DNA of 64,000 nucleotides. Origin: Piedraia hortae CBS 480.64 (lineage: Eukaryota). Shown piece by piece: positions 11,282 through 24,233 of this stretch. The DNA is taken from assembly GCA_010093745.1 (NCBI GenBank), contig MU005989.1:2776-66775 (forward strand). Reading direction: 5' to 3'. The notes under the pieces were generated by a model. The model made no database searches. It saw nothing but the letters and a program-made list of their open reading frames with translations, and was not told the origin of the DNA. Position 1 is the first letter of the stretch; every line of letters begins with the position of its first letter. A program made the translations under genes and the position numbers.

Positions 11282-13318
11282 ATACATACATTTGTAGGAT
11301 AGGACGATTGTGTAGTGTTTTAGTTTTTCTATTCTGGCTCGTGAGGTTTGTTTCTTTTCGGTTTTTTGAAGGGTGTTGTTTTTTTTTTTTTTTTCGGATG
11401 TTTGATTCTTTGGGAATCGGAATTTCTCCGAGTGATGTCATTTAACCTCGGGCGGTCGTGCAGAAGCCATGCGCATGCCGTGCATGCGCCCCGGGAGGGT
11501 GGCGTGTGGAGAATCCCTGTAACTGGGACTACGGGCTGAAGAGCGGGAAGGGAACAGGGATGGGATTGCGGACACGCGAACAATGTGTCTGTTTCCTTCG
11601 GGAACGTGCTGGGGAGGTTGCACTGCAGATTTGCACATGGGGTTCGGCCGACTGGATGGCCGAGGGGGTTGAAAAATGGGTAGGCCGATGAGTGGGGTGG
11701 TTCGGCCGAGGGGGATGCTCGGCTGATGAAGGATGTTCGGGTAGGATTCGAAGCTGTGAGGTTTGTGTTACGCTCTGCAGATCTTATCGGGTGATGGACT
11801 TGTACGATTAATTTGAGAGAAGGTTAGCTGCTCTGTAATCTATTCGAGGAGAGCATCCTTCTCGGGCTGTTGGACGTGCACTGTCGGATGATCGGTCTCG
11901 ATTCGTCGTGGGAGGTGGGTTGTTTACTCTCGGGGTGGGTTCGGTTATCCATTGAGGGCTTCTGCTTGCCCAGGCATCCAGAGTGATTCGCCCACTTTGG
12001 TGGAATGGTTCCATGTATGGGTGAATATCACAGTACTGCACAATGGAGAAGGTTTTCTGGTTGGTCAAGGCTAAGGGTATTATTCTCGTGTGTTGTAAGC
12101 CCAGGGTAGACGTTGTTAAGACGGTCTTAAAAATGGGTCGACGGAACGTCTTGATGATCCGAACGAGAATTACCAGCCCGTTTTACATCTCTGATGGTAA
12201 GTTTTCTGTCCAGGAACGAAGGCTGGATTCTCTGGCCTCGATTTGCCGGTCTGTCCCATCCCAAGGGGTCAACAGGTGTTCAGTTTTCATCTTCATGAGC
12301 AAGAAACGAAGAATGTAACATGTGGCAGTAAATTTACCTTCACATATCCGCTGAGATTTCGCTCAAGGTTAGCATCCACGTGACTTTGGGGTTAATTGGC
12401 CGAATTGGGAAATTGCCAAGACCCGTATTGTTGTTGTCTATAAGACCAAGTTCTGTCGCGTGGCTGTTTGGACAATAATGTGACATCGAACCTTTAACTT
12501 TCCTTGAGCTAGATGTCATGCTTGCAATGGCAATCGTATTGAGTTTGTGTTCCTCGATGCCTACAAAAGCTGTATCTAACTTATCGATAGTTGGCGGCCT
12601 GGCTGGTTAGCCACGACAACGGTGTTGGAGGTTTATCCCGCGTATGTAAAGCAGCCTTCGTTGGATTCAGGTGCTGACTAATTTTTGCCAGTGGGTGATA
12701 TCGCTCTGAGAGCCTGCATGGGCTTTTATCTGGGCAATGCGACAAGCCTGAAAATCGAAGCGCTGATAGCTGCGGCAGTCGTCTATTGTGGGCTCCCCTA
12801 TGCTGCAGGGGTATGATCATCCTTTGAATTGAAAGCAGGCGCCTCAAGGCCGCCCGAACATGATGTGTAGCTGAACTAGCTTGCTCGAATGCTGAACTAC
12901 TGTATGCTTCTATCCTCGTCAACCTCGCATTGCTCTACTGCCGCGCCGCGTTTTTATCTCCAGTCGTAGGGCCTTGCGCCGCGGTAAACTGAGAATCGGC
13001 TTTTGACTGTGTTTGCCAATCGCACACTCAAACTGCTGGCCATGGCGCCAAATTTTTTTGCTTCGATGATGGCTGCTGATGCTCCCGTCACAATTCCACC
13101 GCGTTTCACTGGTACAACGAGCTTCAGAACTCTGCAAACCCTACCGTTGTCTCTGCTTCATAGGCTTCTGGACTGCCAGCTGTCGAAAGTGATCAGTCAT
13201 TCGTTCAGTATCATCTGAATGTGATCGTCTTTCCAGCGAAACTACTCAGTTTACACCCATACGCTGGTACAAGGATGAAGATTGATAGCATGTTCAAGGC
13301 TGAATGCTAGCTATACAC

Positions 13319-15860
13319 CAACTTCCACTGGTCCGCCATGGTCTCCCTTTTGTCTGCTTCGTATGCGGCATGCTTGCTCAATTTTAAGAAGCAAAAAATT
13401 CGGTCAAATTGTCGCAATATTCTCTCTTCCGTAGCTTGTTCACTTCATTGGAGGCGCTGAACCACCTCTTCATCTGATTTTGGATTTGTAACCTATGGAC
13501 ACGCCTTTATCTCAATTAGATAACGCCTCAGGCTACCGCACTTGCTGGAAGCTTAATTTCCGCTGCACTCCCCTTCTGACAACACAACTACTTCCTCGCA
13601 CCGACAGTAAGTAGTCCCTAGACATTGATTTGACCACGAAACTGACTCAACGCTCTAGTCATGAACTTCTCGTTTCTCCACGAACCTCTCAACCCTTGAG
13701 AGGTGCATGCCAAGGTCATCACGACGCCGTGTACATTACTCAGTCAGCCTAAACTTGATGGAAACTGACATGTACAGTGGCACCAGCGATCATGATCGTT
13801 TTCCGCATCTTCCACGTACTGTGACATGGCTTTCTGGAAGCTTATAAGCGATTGCTGATCTCGTTAGTAATCTTGCTGTTATCCAAAAGACCTTGGCGAA
13901 GATCGCCCCATGCGCCATAGAATTCAAGCCCACCTTTGTAAGTCGAAAATTCTACCAGGAGATTGACGGGATATATCGGAACTACAGTCTACGAATTGGT
14001 TACTCGTGTCATTCTTTCCGCATACCTCGGAAATTTGTGCCAGGCCAAACATCGAGATCTTGGGGCAAATGGGTCTCTTTGGCCTCTTTCTAGTATTTGT
14101 AGGTGTTCTATAAAGGCTACCAGAGCGGAAGTTTTGGTGGGAAGCGTCTAGCATGTACAGCCGGTTCCCCTTCTTCACTTTCCAAATGTCTACGTATGAA
14201 CTTTGCGTGAATTTTTCACCTCCCCTTACACCTCTAACTGTTACGTTTGTCTGACGAAGTGCCTGCACAAACCATTTCGTTGGCTGCCCTCGCCTTGCTT
14301 TCTTTCCTTGTTTTACTATCGCCGCGGTTTTGTCTCCAGCCGCAAGACTTTGCGCCGCTGTAATTCAGAATGGCCTTTGACTTGCTGTTCAAACGTACAC
14401 GTATGACTCTTAGATATGGGTTCAAGCTGCCTTGCTTTAGTAGCGGTTGCTGCTGAGTTCGCCAAGATTCCACTGCCTCACATTGCCTTAGTAGCTTCAA
14501 CTTTTCTGGAAACTCTTAGAAGGCTGCTGGGTTGCCGCTTTCGAGAGTGGTCAAGTGTTGAACCAGTGTCACCTGACTCTACTTTTGAGCGAGACTTCTT
14601 GATTTATACCCGTAACTACACGGGATCCAAAGAAGAAGAGAATTGACCGCATGCTCAAGACCAAATGCTGACTATACATCAACCGCTGTTGGATGGCTTT
14701 GGTGCAAATGTACAATACGGAACCACAGAAAATAGGTTGTAGTCTCTTCTTCACCTCCTATACGTACAATGGAGTTAGGGCATACTCTCCGCATTACGTC
14801 ACATCCTATTCCATCATGTGCTGTCATATCGATGCCCGACAACCGCCACTCTTCCATCGCAGTCTTTCTTTAGTTTGCAGTCTGTGCGTTGTGCTTACTG
14901 AAATCTGAGAAGCAAGAATTGTAATTCATTTGTCGAAAATATTACCCTCCCGTAGCTTAAGCAATCAATGGGAACTCTCAACCGCCCATTCATCTGACTT
15001 TGGTCTGGTAACCCATGGACACGCTAACATCCCAATCGATGAATGCCTCAAGCCGTCCCACTAGCCGAGAACCTGCATTTTTGCTCCACTCTTCTTACAC
15101 TACAGCTACGTTATAGCACAACTATCTCGTCTTACCGACATTAGGCTGCCCCTGCATACCGCTGCAATCGCAGAACTGACCGTCACAATGATAGACATGA
15201 ATTCTTCTGCTTCCATCAAGCTTACCAATTCGCGCGAGATGCAGGCTAATACCATTACTACCCCGTATACGTTGCTCCAACAACCTAAACTATCAAAACT
15301 GACATATACAGTGACCCGGCCCATCATGGTCAAATTTCGTATTTGTCAGGGGCTGGCCCATGGATTTATGACTGCCCGTAAGCACTCAATCATCTCGTTG
15401 CAGACACTACTAATATTCAAAGTTCTTGGTTATGACCGCTCCTTTCGCTCCCACCTGAGGACCGCAATCTGTGAGTTCAAGATTTTAGTTTGGAGATGAT
15501 GAGCTAAACTGGAACTACAGTCACTGAGATTGCCGCTCGCGGCCTCTTTCAGCCTATATCGGGAATTTTAACCGTGCCAACGCCCAGATCCTGGGGAAGT
15601 TTGTCCTTGTTGCTCTGTTCCTGGTCTTTGTAGGGATGTTGTAATTCTAACAGCGCAGAGGCTTTTAGGGGGCAATGCGTGATAACGAGTATAAATTGTT
15701 TCTCTTCTTCTCTATGGGAATGCCTCCATGTGAACTTTATGTGAAATTTTCACCCCGTCCTGCACCCCTGACTGCATCATCGTTGTATGTGGAAGTGTCC
15801 GCACACATTAGCGGTTTGGCATTTAGGCAAATTTTGCCTCCGCTTTGTTTCTTTTCCCCT
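13319..15860 (+). repeat. Diverged tandem duplication (~1-kb homologous units at ~1.52-kb spacing), probably two pseudogenes
   Basis: Collinear shared blocks: CATCTGA(T/C)TTTGG at 13471/14991, GGAACTACAGTC at 13978/15511, TGAACTTT..GTGAA.TTTTCACC at 14197/15731. Neither copy has an intact ORF. Confidence 0.75.
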
Positions 15861-18800
15861 ACAACGTACTCTTACCTAATTCTCTCTCCTGCAAGGTAAC
15901 GCCGCCGACTGACTCCCTGACCCCATATCGCGAGCTCACAACAGTAGCATTCAAGTACCCAATGTCTGCCTTCAACCGAATCCTGGCCGCTTATCAGCAG
16001 GATACTGCTGCGAGTATTACCTCCATTACCCACCCCTCTCCCACTGCTGCTGACAAACGCATAGTTAAGGCTATGGATCTGATCTCTATTATGATACTTT
16101 TCTCGGCTCTCCGCATCGGCGCTACCTACTGTAAGTGTGGCCATGGCAAGAGAGATAGCTGCTAAACTCGCACAGTGCTCATTTACTCTAATTGGCGTCA
16201 TCGTAATGACCCTCGAGTCAACCGCGGCAAGTTGTTTGAATCTGGCTTATAGATAACCAGCTAACCCAGCTCCTGCAGCGATGAACATCATGCTCCGCCT
16301 TATCTGCGCTGTGTACTTTTGCAGTGTTTTTGGATTCAACGCCCGCTCGCTGGCCTGCATTGCGGCGGCTAATGCTTTTATGGTGTTGCTTGAGATTGTG
16401 CACAATGCCGTGCAGTGAGCGCGCAATCGCTAGTCGGAAGGTAGCCCCGTAACAATCTACCCATGTCGTCACATACTTTCTATCTCCTCTTCATCTAGCT
16501 ATTCTTCTGGCAGATGGCTCAGGTTGGTCCTTGAGGCGGTGAGCGGATCAAAGACTCCTCAAGAAACAATGCTTCTGCACCTCCTACTTACTCCCATTTA
16601 CTGAAAGCCAACGCAAGACCTGAAAACCATGGCTCAATCTACCCTCTCCCACTCATCCGCCCCCTCAGGCCCATGTTGTCATGAATCTCGTTGCTATTAG
16701 TGCACGATTCCACTGCGCGACACCTCTTACACCAGCAGCTGCACCCCAGGTTTTGTGCTCACAGAGGTTTCCCTCAGGGTCATGTCGCATGCGACATGGT
16801 GAATGCGCCCTCCTACTGTTTGAGGTGATCCATGGAGTAAGACTGCATGCTGACGGTCTTACTGCACGTATGACCACTTGCTTACGGTCATACGATTGAT
16901 GACTCTTCATACGAGGCTACGCACTGGCCTACCGACCCAGAATATATTCTCTGATATCACCTCGTAGATACACTTGTTTTCACTTGTACACACACCTCTA
17001 CTCTCCATCCATCGTTCTCACTCCCACATACAATCTGTTTCAGCCCACGCCCCGAAGGAGACGAGCTCATCGGTCAATTCCCAGCGATACCAATACTTCC
17101 AGTAGGGTCACTAACGCACGCACTAATTCTTCTCTTCAAGCTCTTTCTCTAATACGAATACGTGCGTTCCATCTATCTGCGTACACTTTTGAGACGAAAG
17201 GCAAGGAGGCTGATTGTACAGACCAGTGTTGTGTTTACTTGCATTGACTCAGGGCCTGAAAATGTTGTCTGCGCCGAGGGCGAATCCTTCAGATATTTAA
17301 TTCGGTCTTACAAGTGTCCTTAACGAAGAAGACACCAGTGTTGGGATGTAGCCAGGATTCCCCAGGTTAGAGTGTGCTGGACGGCGATGCCGCGTTGCTT
17401 GAGCACTTCTTGGAGCAAATCTGAGAGTGAAACCTTGCGGATATGTCCGATCCACAAGAATAATCAAAGAGTCGCCATGGTCATCCACCCTTCATAGACG
17501 AGTTCATCGTATGACCTAGTGTCAGCAGTCTGCCGCTTGCGGAAGGGGTGTTGAGACCGGATCCATCTCCGAATAAAGGAGATGATGATATGAGAGGGGA
17601 TTTAAGGAAAAAGTCCTCTCATGTATTTAGTCAGGAGGGTTTCCTCCCAGAACATCATCCGTCTAGAGATATTCATTTTGCTCTCTACTGGAGTATGAGT
17701 TCTTTCTTTCCCCTCTGACACCTAGCCTGGTGGTTGGGTCATTAGTGTAGAGGTCTCAATTTCCTGCGGGCCGTCCTGTTTTCGATGGTTCTATCAGGGT
17801 TGCCATAGGCCATGCAAAGCTTCTACAGCACGCTTGAGATGGCGTACTTCGATCCAGAGTCGTTGCACATATTGAGCGAATCATACTTTAAGTATCAAGG
17901 GGTTTGCCATCGTCTGAATAAGGGAACGTTTCACCCCATATTCTGAGTTTCATGAAGCGTTTTTGGAAGAAAATTGATGTCTTGTTTTGAGGGGCATTTG
18001 GCGTGGCGTCATGCCCACTTTATAACAACAGCTGTCCCGCCTGAAGAGGCTGAAAGGCCGTTTCGGTTTAATGTTCGGGAAGAACCGCAGTCCTTTTCAC
18101 CTGCACTCATCTCGATCCCCAGGTCAGAGCATACCCAGCTCTTTCTCAAAACCGTCCTTTCTTTGCCCATCTTATTGAATACAAAGTAGGAGGACAGGTA
18201 GGATTCGTTGAGCACGAGTCGTGCCAGCCTCGGACTGAACAACCGATCTGATGTCATCATCGCTACAATCCAACGACAACATTCTCCACCTTTGTTATCA
18301 GACAATAACACTGGAGAAACTGTCTAGCGTGAAGAGAGATTGGTCGCCAATTTACGAAGATACTAAACGATCTTCCATGGGCGCCTCTTCACAGCACGTT
18401 CAATGGCCCTCAAACACAAGTTATCCGTGAGGTCATTGTGTGTAGCCTGGCAATCACGTCTGAGGAGAAATTTTGTGTAACACCGCAAGGTTACACAGAG
18501 TGATAAGCGTGCATACTCCCGATCTCTTATGGATCGGGAGAGCCCTCATCGGAGATAGAGGAAGTAACACTATTAGCATCATACAGTCTCTCAGCTGCTC
18601 AAAAGTCATACTCCCTGGCGCAGGAGCTTGTCGTTCGGAGGATCATGGAGAGATATGTACGCCTTCACGCCAACCACCAGTGAGATTGCGAAGAAGATGA
18701 TCGCCAAAAACTGTAAAAGTCCACAAAGTCTCACCATACCATCTCCCCCCCTTCATGACCTTCCCCGTCCCACACAGGATGATGGGAGTGGACCACTAGG

Positions 18801-19810
18801 CATCCTCAACCCGCTGATGCAGTGGGCATCGTAATTATTGTCGATGAGGTGGTGAGGCGACGAGATAAAGGTAAGGCAGTCGGCGGCGGCAAACTGTCGA
18901 TTCGATGGCGACAAGACATCCGAGTAGAATGAATAAACTTGTCCTAATTGTAGACGTATGTATACTCTGCAAACCAGGAGAAGAGAGTTGCACGTCTTGG
19001 CAGGTGGGAAGTGCTCAAGCTTGACCGTGATGTGGCTATCTCATGGGGCGATAAGCTTGCCTCAAGACAGCAGTCTTGCTACAAGATCACTAGGACCAGC
19101 CTTTCCAACTTGGAGTTGACGCAAGCTGGGTGGCTCTCGTGTACGTGAATCGTAGCCCGATGAAATAGACTTGGGAGGACGTAACATGAGCCGCAGACAA
19201 TACCCCAATGTCAGACGCCAGACGTTGGCATGTAGTGTGAGATGAGGTAAAGCATCAGGAATTCCCAACAATTGTTGGCGCTTTGGGTATGGTCTTGGCA
19301 AACGCGTGGTCGCGTAAACATCACGTCACTGGCTCACCATTCTTTAGGAATGTGAACCTGTCCTCTTCTGTCAAACGCCTGCCTGCGGTATATAGAGCGC
19401 TGGACTTCCCAGAGATTTTACCTCATCGAGGCTGTTTCTCCACGGATGTGGTCGCTTCCCATGATGTCACCACAGAGAATGTGGTCCGCGTCGTGCCGGA
19501 ATGTGGGGTAGTCTTGGCAGATTTCCCCACTTCCACCTTTCACCTTCCCCCTTTCCTGGCGGCCGCACGCCGCCTGGCGTTAATACAATGGAATCAAACC
19601 TTCCCCCTTTCCATATCATACCAGAATCACATAAACTGTTTACCGTTTCACCCTTCACTTACCCTTCACCACAGTGGAGTGACGTGAGTAAATTCTTTTT
19701 CACTTACAATGTTATCACATCTGATACCTTCAGTGAGATTGCAAAAAGGAAAAGATGCGCTGAAATCGTTTGGGAGGCCGTTGGATGCCAACAATCGTAC
19801 CAATGACCCC

Positions 19811-20440
19811 ATGGGTAAACACCAGAAGATTCAAAGCACGCAAGGTGATTGTGTGGCTTGTGCGTTCGGGAATCAAGCCATGCAGAAATATCTCATGTGA
19901 AGACATTGGTGCCATCAGAGTATGCTAGCAAAAAACTCTTCTCATGACCACCAACCTGGTAGAATTCTCGGGCTTGAGAAGAACGAAGGGGCACGTATCA
20001 AGTAAGTTTCGTCTTCTGGGCGTCGCGATAACTGTACTAACTGGCATATAGGTGTTGGTCCCGTTTGACCTCCTTTCACTAAACAACCCACTCGACAATC
20101 GCGCTACGAGCAGATTCCTCGACGACGATTTCTCGTGATGCACGCATACAGGCACCGCACCGATGACCATTGGGAGTGTTCCGATTGGATGATATTCCCG
20201 GAAAGCCCTGTCGGTAGTACGACGGCCACTACCATTCCCCTATGTCAAGGAGTTGCACCATTGCAACAAGTGTAATTGCTACCACTCAAGGTTCCATGTG
20301 CTGTCACACCTGGAACCAGGAGGTCAATGCAGTCGTCGCTCTTCAGACAGCGGAAGAGATAGCTCGCCAGCGATGCCGCGTTATGCACACACGTACGTGG
20401 ATCGTATCCAAGATTATGGAAAACATATCGGACACATGAT
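19811..20440 (+). pseudogene. Decayed RBR (RING-IBR-RING) E3 ligase-like relic
   Basis: Broken frames read DCVAC, IK|C across a 50-nt GTAAGT...CTAAC...TAG intron (20002-20051), LDNRATSRFLDDDFS*CTHTG, HCNKCNCYH, CHTW..., and GHM. The order matches fungal IBR proteins. Confidence 0.4.
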
Positions 20441-22470
20441 GATGATGATGATTGTTTTACGCCTGGGCAGGAGCGGCCGCCTGCATGCTCCCGAAGGGCA
20501 TGAGGCGTGCTAGTCTAGGCACTATTTACAGAACAGGTTCAGCCTAGCCAGCAGATCGAGCCCCGTGGGGTGGTGTTGCGCGCATGTCGTTCGCATAACT
20601 CCCCGGCCAGCTGGAAATACACGATTTTACGCTCGAGAGCAGGTGTCCCGGTAAAGCCGGGTGTTACTCACGAAGGCGGCGAAGTCCTTTGGCTGCCGTA
20701 ATAGCTGGGCAAGGTATCTCTCTCTCCCTCACTCGATGGTCTCCATGGGCCCTGCCAAAGCCACGGCCACGCTCTCCAGCGAACAATGATCCGCCGGCAG
20801 TGGATAAGGTGGTCGAGTGTTTTCGGTCGCCCGCAGCTAAAGTTGAGAGCGGCAACTTCATGGCCAAACCGGCGATGGTATGCCGCGAACTTACCGTGCC
20901 CAGTGCAGATCGCGAGTAACGGTGCAGTACCGGCCGCTCAAGATGCAACGACTCGATTTCCTGTATCACAAAGGGCATGTGCCACTTCCGATACTCTCTA
21001 GCCAGCTTAGGCTGAATTTCTCTCCAGTGTTGGGTTATCTGGACGCGGAGCAGGCTCTTGGCCTGTGCCTTGATGCCCGCTCCCGTTGGACTGGCCTCCG
21101 GGTCACGAGGGCCTTTGTAGCCGCTCTTGGCCTAATACCAGACACATGATCTTCCGGGATTGGATTATCGACGGGTCGACGGTTTTTGTGTATGAGAATT
21201 TCATAGATTTGAACTTCTGTGTCTAGTGTGGGTTCTACCGAGCAGAGAATAGGGTCGCCAAGCACGACTAGAACCAGAAATGTTAGAATATGTAGCTTAC
21301 ACCTATTCTCCCATCCAATTGCTTTGAATCTTGGCTAGAATCCTCGGGGCTACAGTATCTTGTCATTACAGTGCAAAGTTGACATGACTCGTGCTCGACA
21401 ATGACATACCGAAGCGCTACAGGATGTGCTGGAGCACCTCCTAAAATACAATCAAGCAGCGAAAGGGGAATCCCAGGCAGCATTGATCTCTCGGTAGCCT
21501 GAGAGCATCGGGACCATCATCAACCGAAGCAGACTTATCGTCACACTTACCCAGCTGCCAATGATGGTGTTAAATAACAGACTGCAATCATTTATCAGAG
21601 CGGACTCAAAACAACTATAAAACTCGACCTAACGTCAAATGTTTTTCCTACATCTTCGAGGCTCAAGCTTCTCGTTTTATAAGAAGTATCATTCTCTGGT
21701 TCATCACACGACAATGCCTGAGAGAGCTTACACTCCAGCTGCGCAGAAGTTCTTAGAAGCTGTTGTTCTTCTGTGCCTACCGCGAGTCTTGTTCACTGCG
21801 TGGCAACGCCAGTCTTGGCAACGGCAGCCGGGTTTCCAATCACGAAATCGAGAACATCATAAGCTTATGGATCAAACACGCTTCAGCCAGAAGGCAGACA
21901 TGCTTGTGTGGAAGTGATTCCCGCTAATGAATTTATACTAGAGCTGGACAGGGAGGTCATCGGGGCAGATTGAATGTCAATCTTCTTGACGAAGATGACA
22001 CGATGAATTGATAAGAACGGTGAATCGTCGTCTCAAATTATCATCTGTCGTTTTTCGAAGCTCCTCCTTTAGCCTGATGGGTTGTCATAATGACGGGAAA
22101 AAGGCTCCTTGTGGGGTGTTACTTGCACAGAGGCAGTGTTGCTGGCGATTATGATGAGAATCGAAAGATTGTCAATGACTTAAGGGAATGTTGTGTACGT
22201 GCCATGGTTATTCTATTTTTGCCCGAGTGTTATTAGATGCGGGCGATTTTCAAACGTCAGACGGGCAAGGCATAAATATCAGGTGGGGCCACGTTAAGAA
22301 CTCGCGCTAGGTGGGTTAGGCGGGGAATGCGGGGTATAACCTTAAACAAGTGTGGGGACCCCGCAGATCGCTCATCTCTCGTGCAACGACGCGTGAGGCC
22401 GGGTAGAGAAAAAGTTGTGCGGATTTTGCTCAAACACAACATGCAAAGACTCTTGAGCCCCACGACGACA

Positions 22471-24155
22471 ATGGATCTCGAAGACCACTCGCCTCATGAG
22501 CCGAAGGCGTCTGCTCCGATCGCGACCGCCAGCAACGTCATTTTGATCGACAACTGTGAGTTTCAGAAAGTTTAAACGCGCGCGCAGGCAGCTAACGGCC
22601 TGGCTGCAGACGACAGCTTCACGTGGAATGTGTTTCAGTACTTTGAGTTGGAGGGCGTAAGCGCATCCTGATTGTCTGGGGTTTTGTGTCTAACAGGTCG
22701 GGATAGGGCAAGACGACTGTGTACCGTAACGATGAAGTCACGCTGGAAGAGCTGATCGCGAAGAAGCCAACGCATTTGGCCATCTCGCCTGGCCCTGGCC
22801 ATCCGGACACGGACGCTGGTATCAGCAAGGCGGCGATTGAGCATTTTGCAGGCAAGATCCCTGTGTTTGGCATTTGCATGGGGGAGCAGTGCATCTACTC
22901 CCTCTTCGGCGGTGTTGTTGACCAGACGGGCGAGATTCTTCACGGTAAGACGTCGACTTTGTGCCATGACGGCAAGGGCATCTACCGCGGCCTGCCTCAG
23001 GATTTTGCTGTTACGAGGTACCATTCGCTCGCTGGAACCCATCCAACGCTGCCCGAGTGCCTCGAAGTAAGCAGCTGGGTTCCGTCGGACGTAAGCAACG
23101 GCAAGGGAGTGATTATGGGTGTGCGTCACAAGAAGCTTCTCATTGAAGGTGTGCAGTTTCACCCCGAGAGCATCCTTACTGCTCATGGTCGCCAGATGGT
23201 TCGCAACTTTCTCCACATGCAGGGCGGGACGTGGCAAGAAAACGACTCGCACGCAGTCACCAGCGGAGTGGCTGCGACAAACGGCGACGCAAATGAGACC
23301 TCGATCCTCGAGCAGATTTACGCCCACCGCCGCAAAGCCGTGGCTGTACAGAAATCCACCCCGTCACAGACCTGGGACGACATTCAAGGGGCTTATAAGC
23401 TCCAATTGGCCCCTACTGTCATTGACTTTGCCGCGCGCATCCGGGATTCGCCTTATAAGATATCGCTTATGGCCGAGATCAAGCGCGCGAGTCCGTCCAA
23501 GGGCGTCATCTCCATGACGGTGAGCGCGCCGAAGCAAGCCCACGAGTACGCTATGGCAGGCGCCAGCGTTATCAGTGTGCTCACGGAGTCGGAGTGGTTC
23601 AAAGGCAACCTGGATGACCTTCGTTATACACGCAAGGTTCTCGACAAAGCGACCGACCGCCCAGCTGTGCTACGCAAGGATTTTATCTTCGAAGAGTACC
23701 AGATCCTCGAGGCCAGGTTGGCCGGCGCGGATTCCGTGTTGCTGATTGTCAAAATGCTCGACTCGGAGACGCTGAAGCGGCTGTACGACTATTCGCAGAG
23801 TTTGCGCATGGAACCCTTGGTGGAGGTGAACAACGAGGAGGAGATGAAGGCCGCTATTGCCCTTGGTGCAAAGGTTATTGGAGTCAACAACCGTAATTTG
23901 ACGACCTTTCAGGTCGATATGAAGACCACGACGAGGTTGCTGGATCTGATCAAGGGCCAGGAGGATGTGGTGCTCTGCGCATTGAGCGGCATTGCAACGC
24001 CACAGGACGTCATCGACTACCGTCAGTGCGGTGTCGGTGCCGTGCTGGTTGGCGAGGCGCTCATGCGCGCAGAGAAGCCGGTCAAATTCATCAGAGAACT
24101 GTTGGGCGGTCCGGATTGTCAGTCCTGGATCTGCTAACGAAAGCGAACAGAGTAG
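22471..24155 (+). CDS. trpC: Anthranilate synthase component II / indole-3-glycerol-phosphate synthase fusion (TrpG-TrpC), with no PRAI domain
   Basis: [11 protein letters not shown]...VILIDNYDSFTWN (introns 22556-22609 and 22657-22706). GAT motifs [33 protein letters not shown] motifs [32 protein letters not shown]. Ends at 24137 unspliced, or at 24155 if the 42-nt GT...GCTAAC...CAG intron 24109-24150 is used. Confidence 0.92.
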
Positions 24156-24233
24156 GATAGATATGAATTCTGCCGAATGTCAATCCATGATGAGTGCTGT
24201 ACAATGCCCTGGAAAAGGTAAAATTAGGTACGA

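Noticed and set aside
11400..11750. GC-rich stretch with repeated TTCGGCCGA/GGCCGA, considered as RNase P/MRP or another structured RNA
   Set aside because: The conserved P4 (CR-I/CR-V) pair was not found.
24138..24233. Possible spliced continuation of trpC into a PRAI exon
   Set aside because: All nearby acceptors lead to immediate stops, there is no VKICG motif and there is no room before the antizyme.
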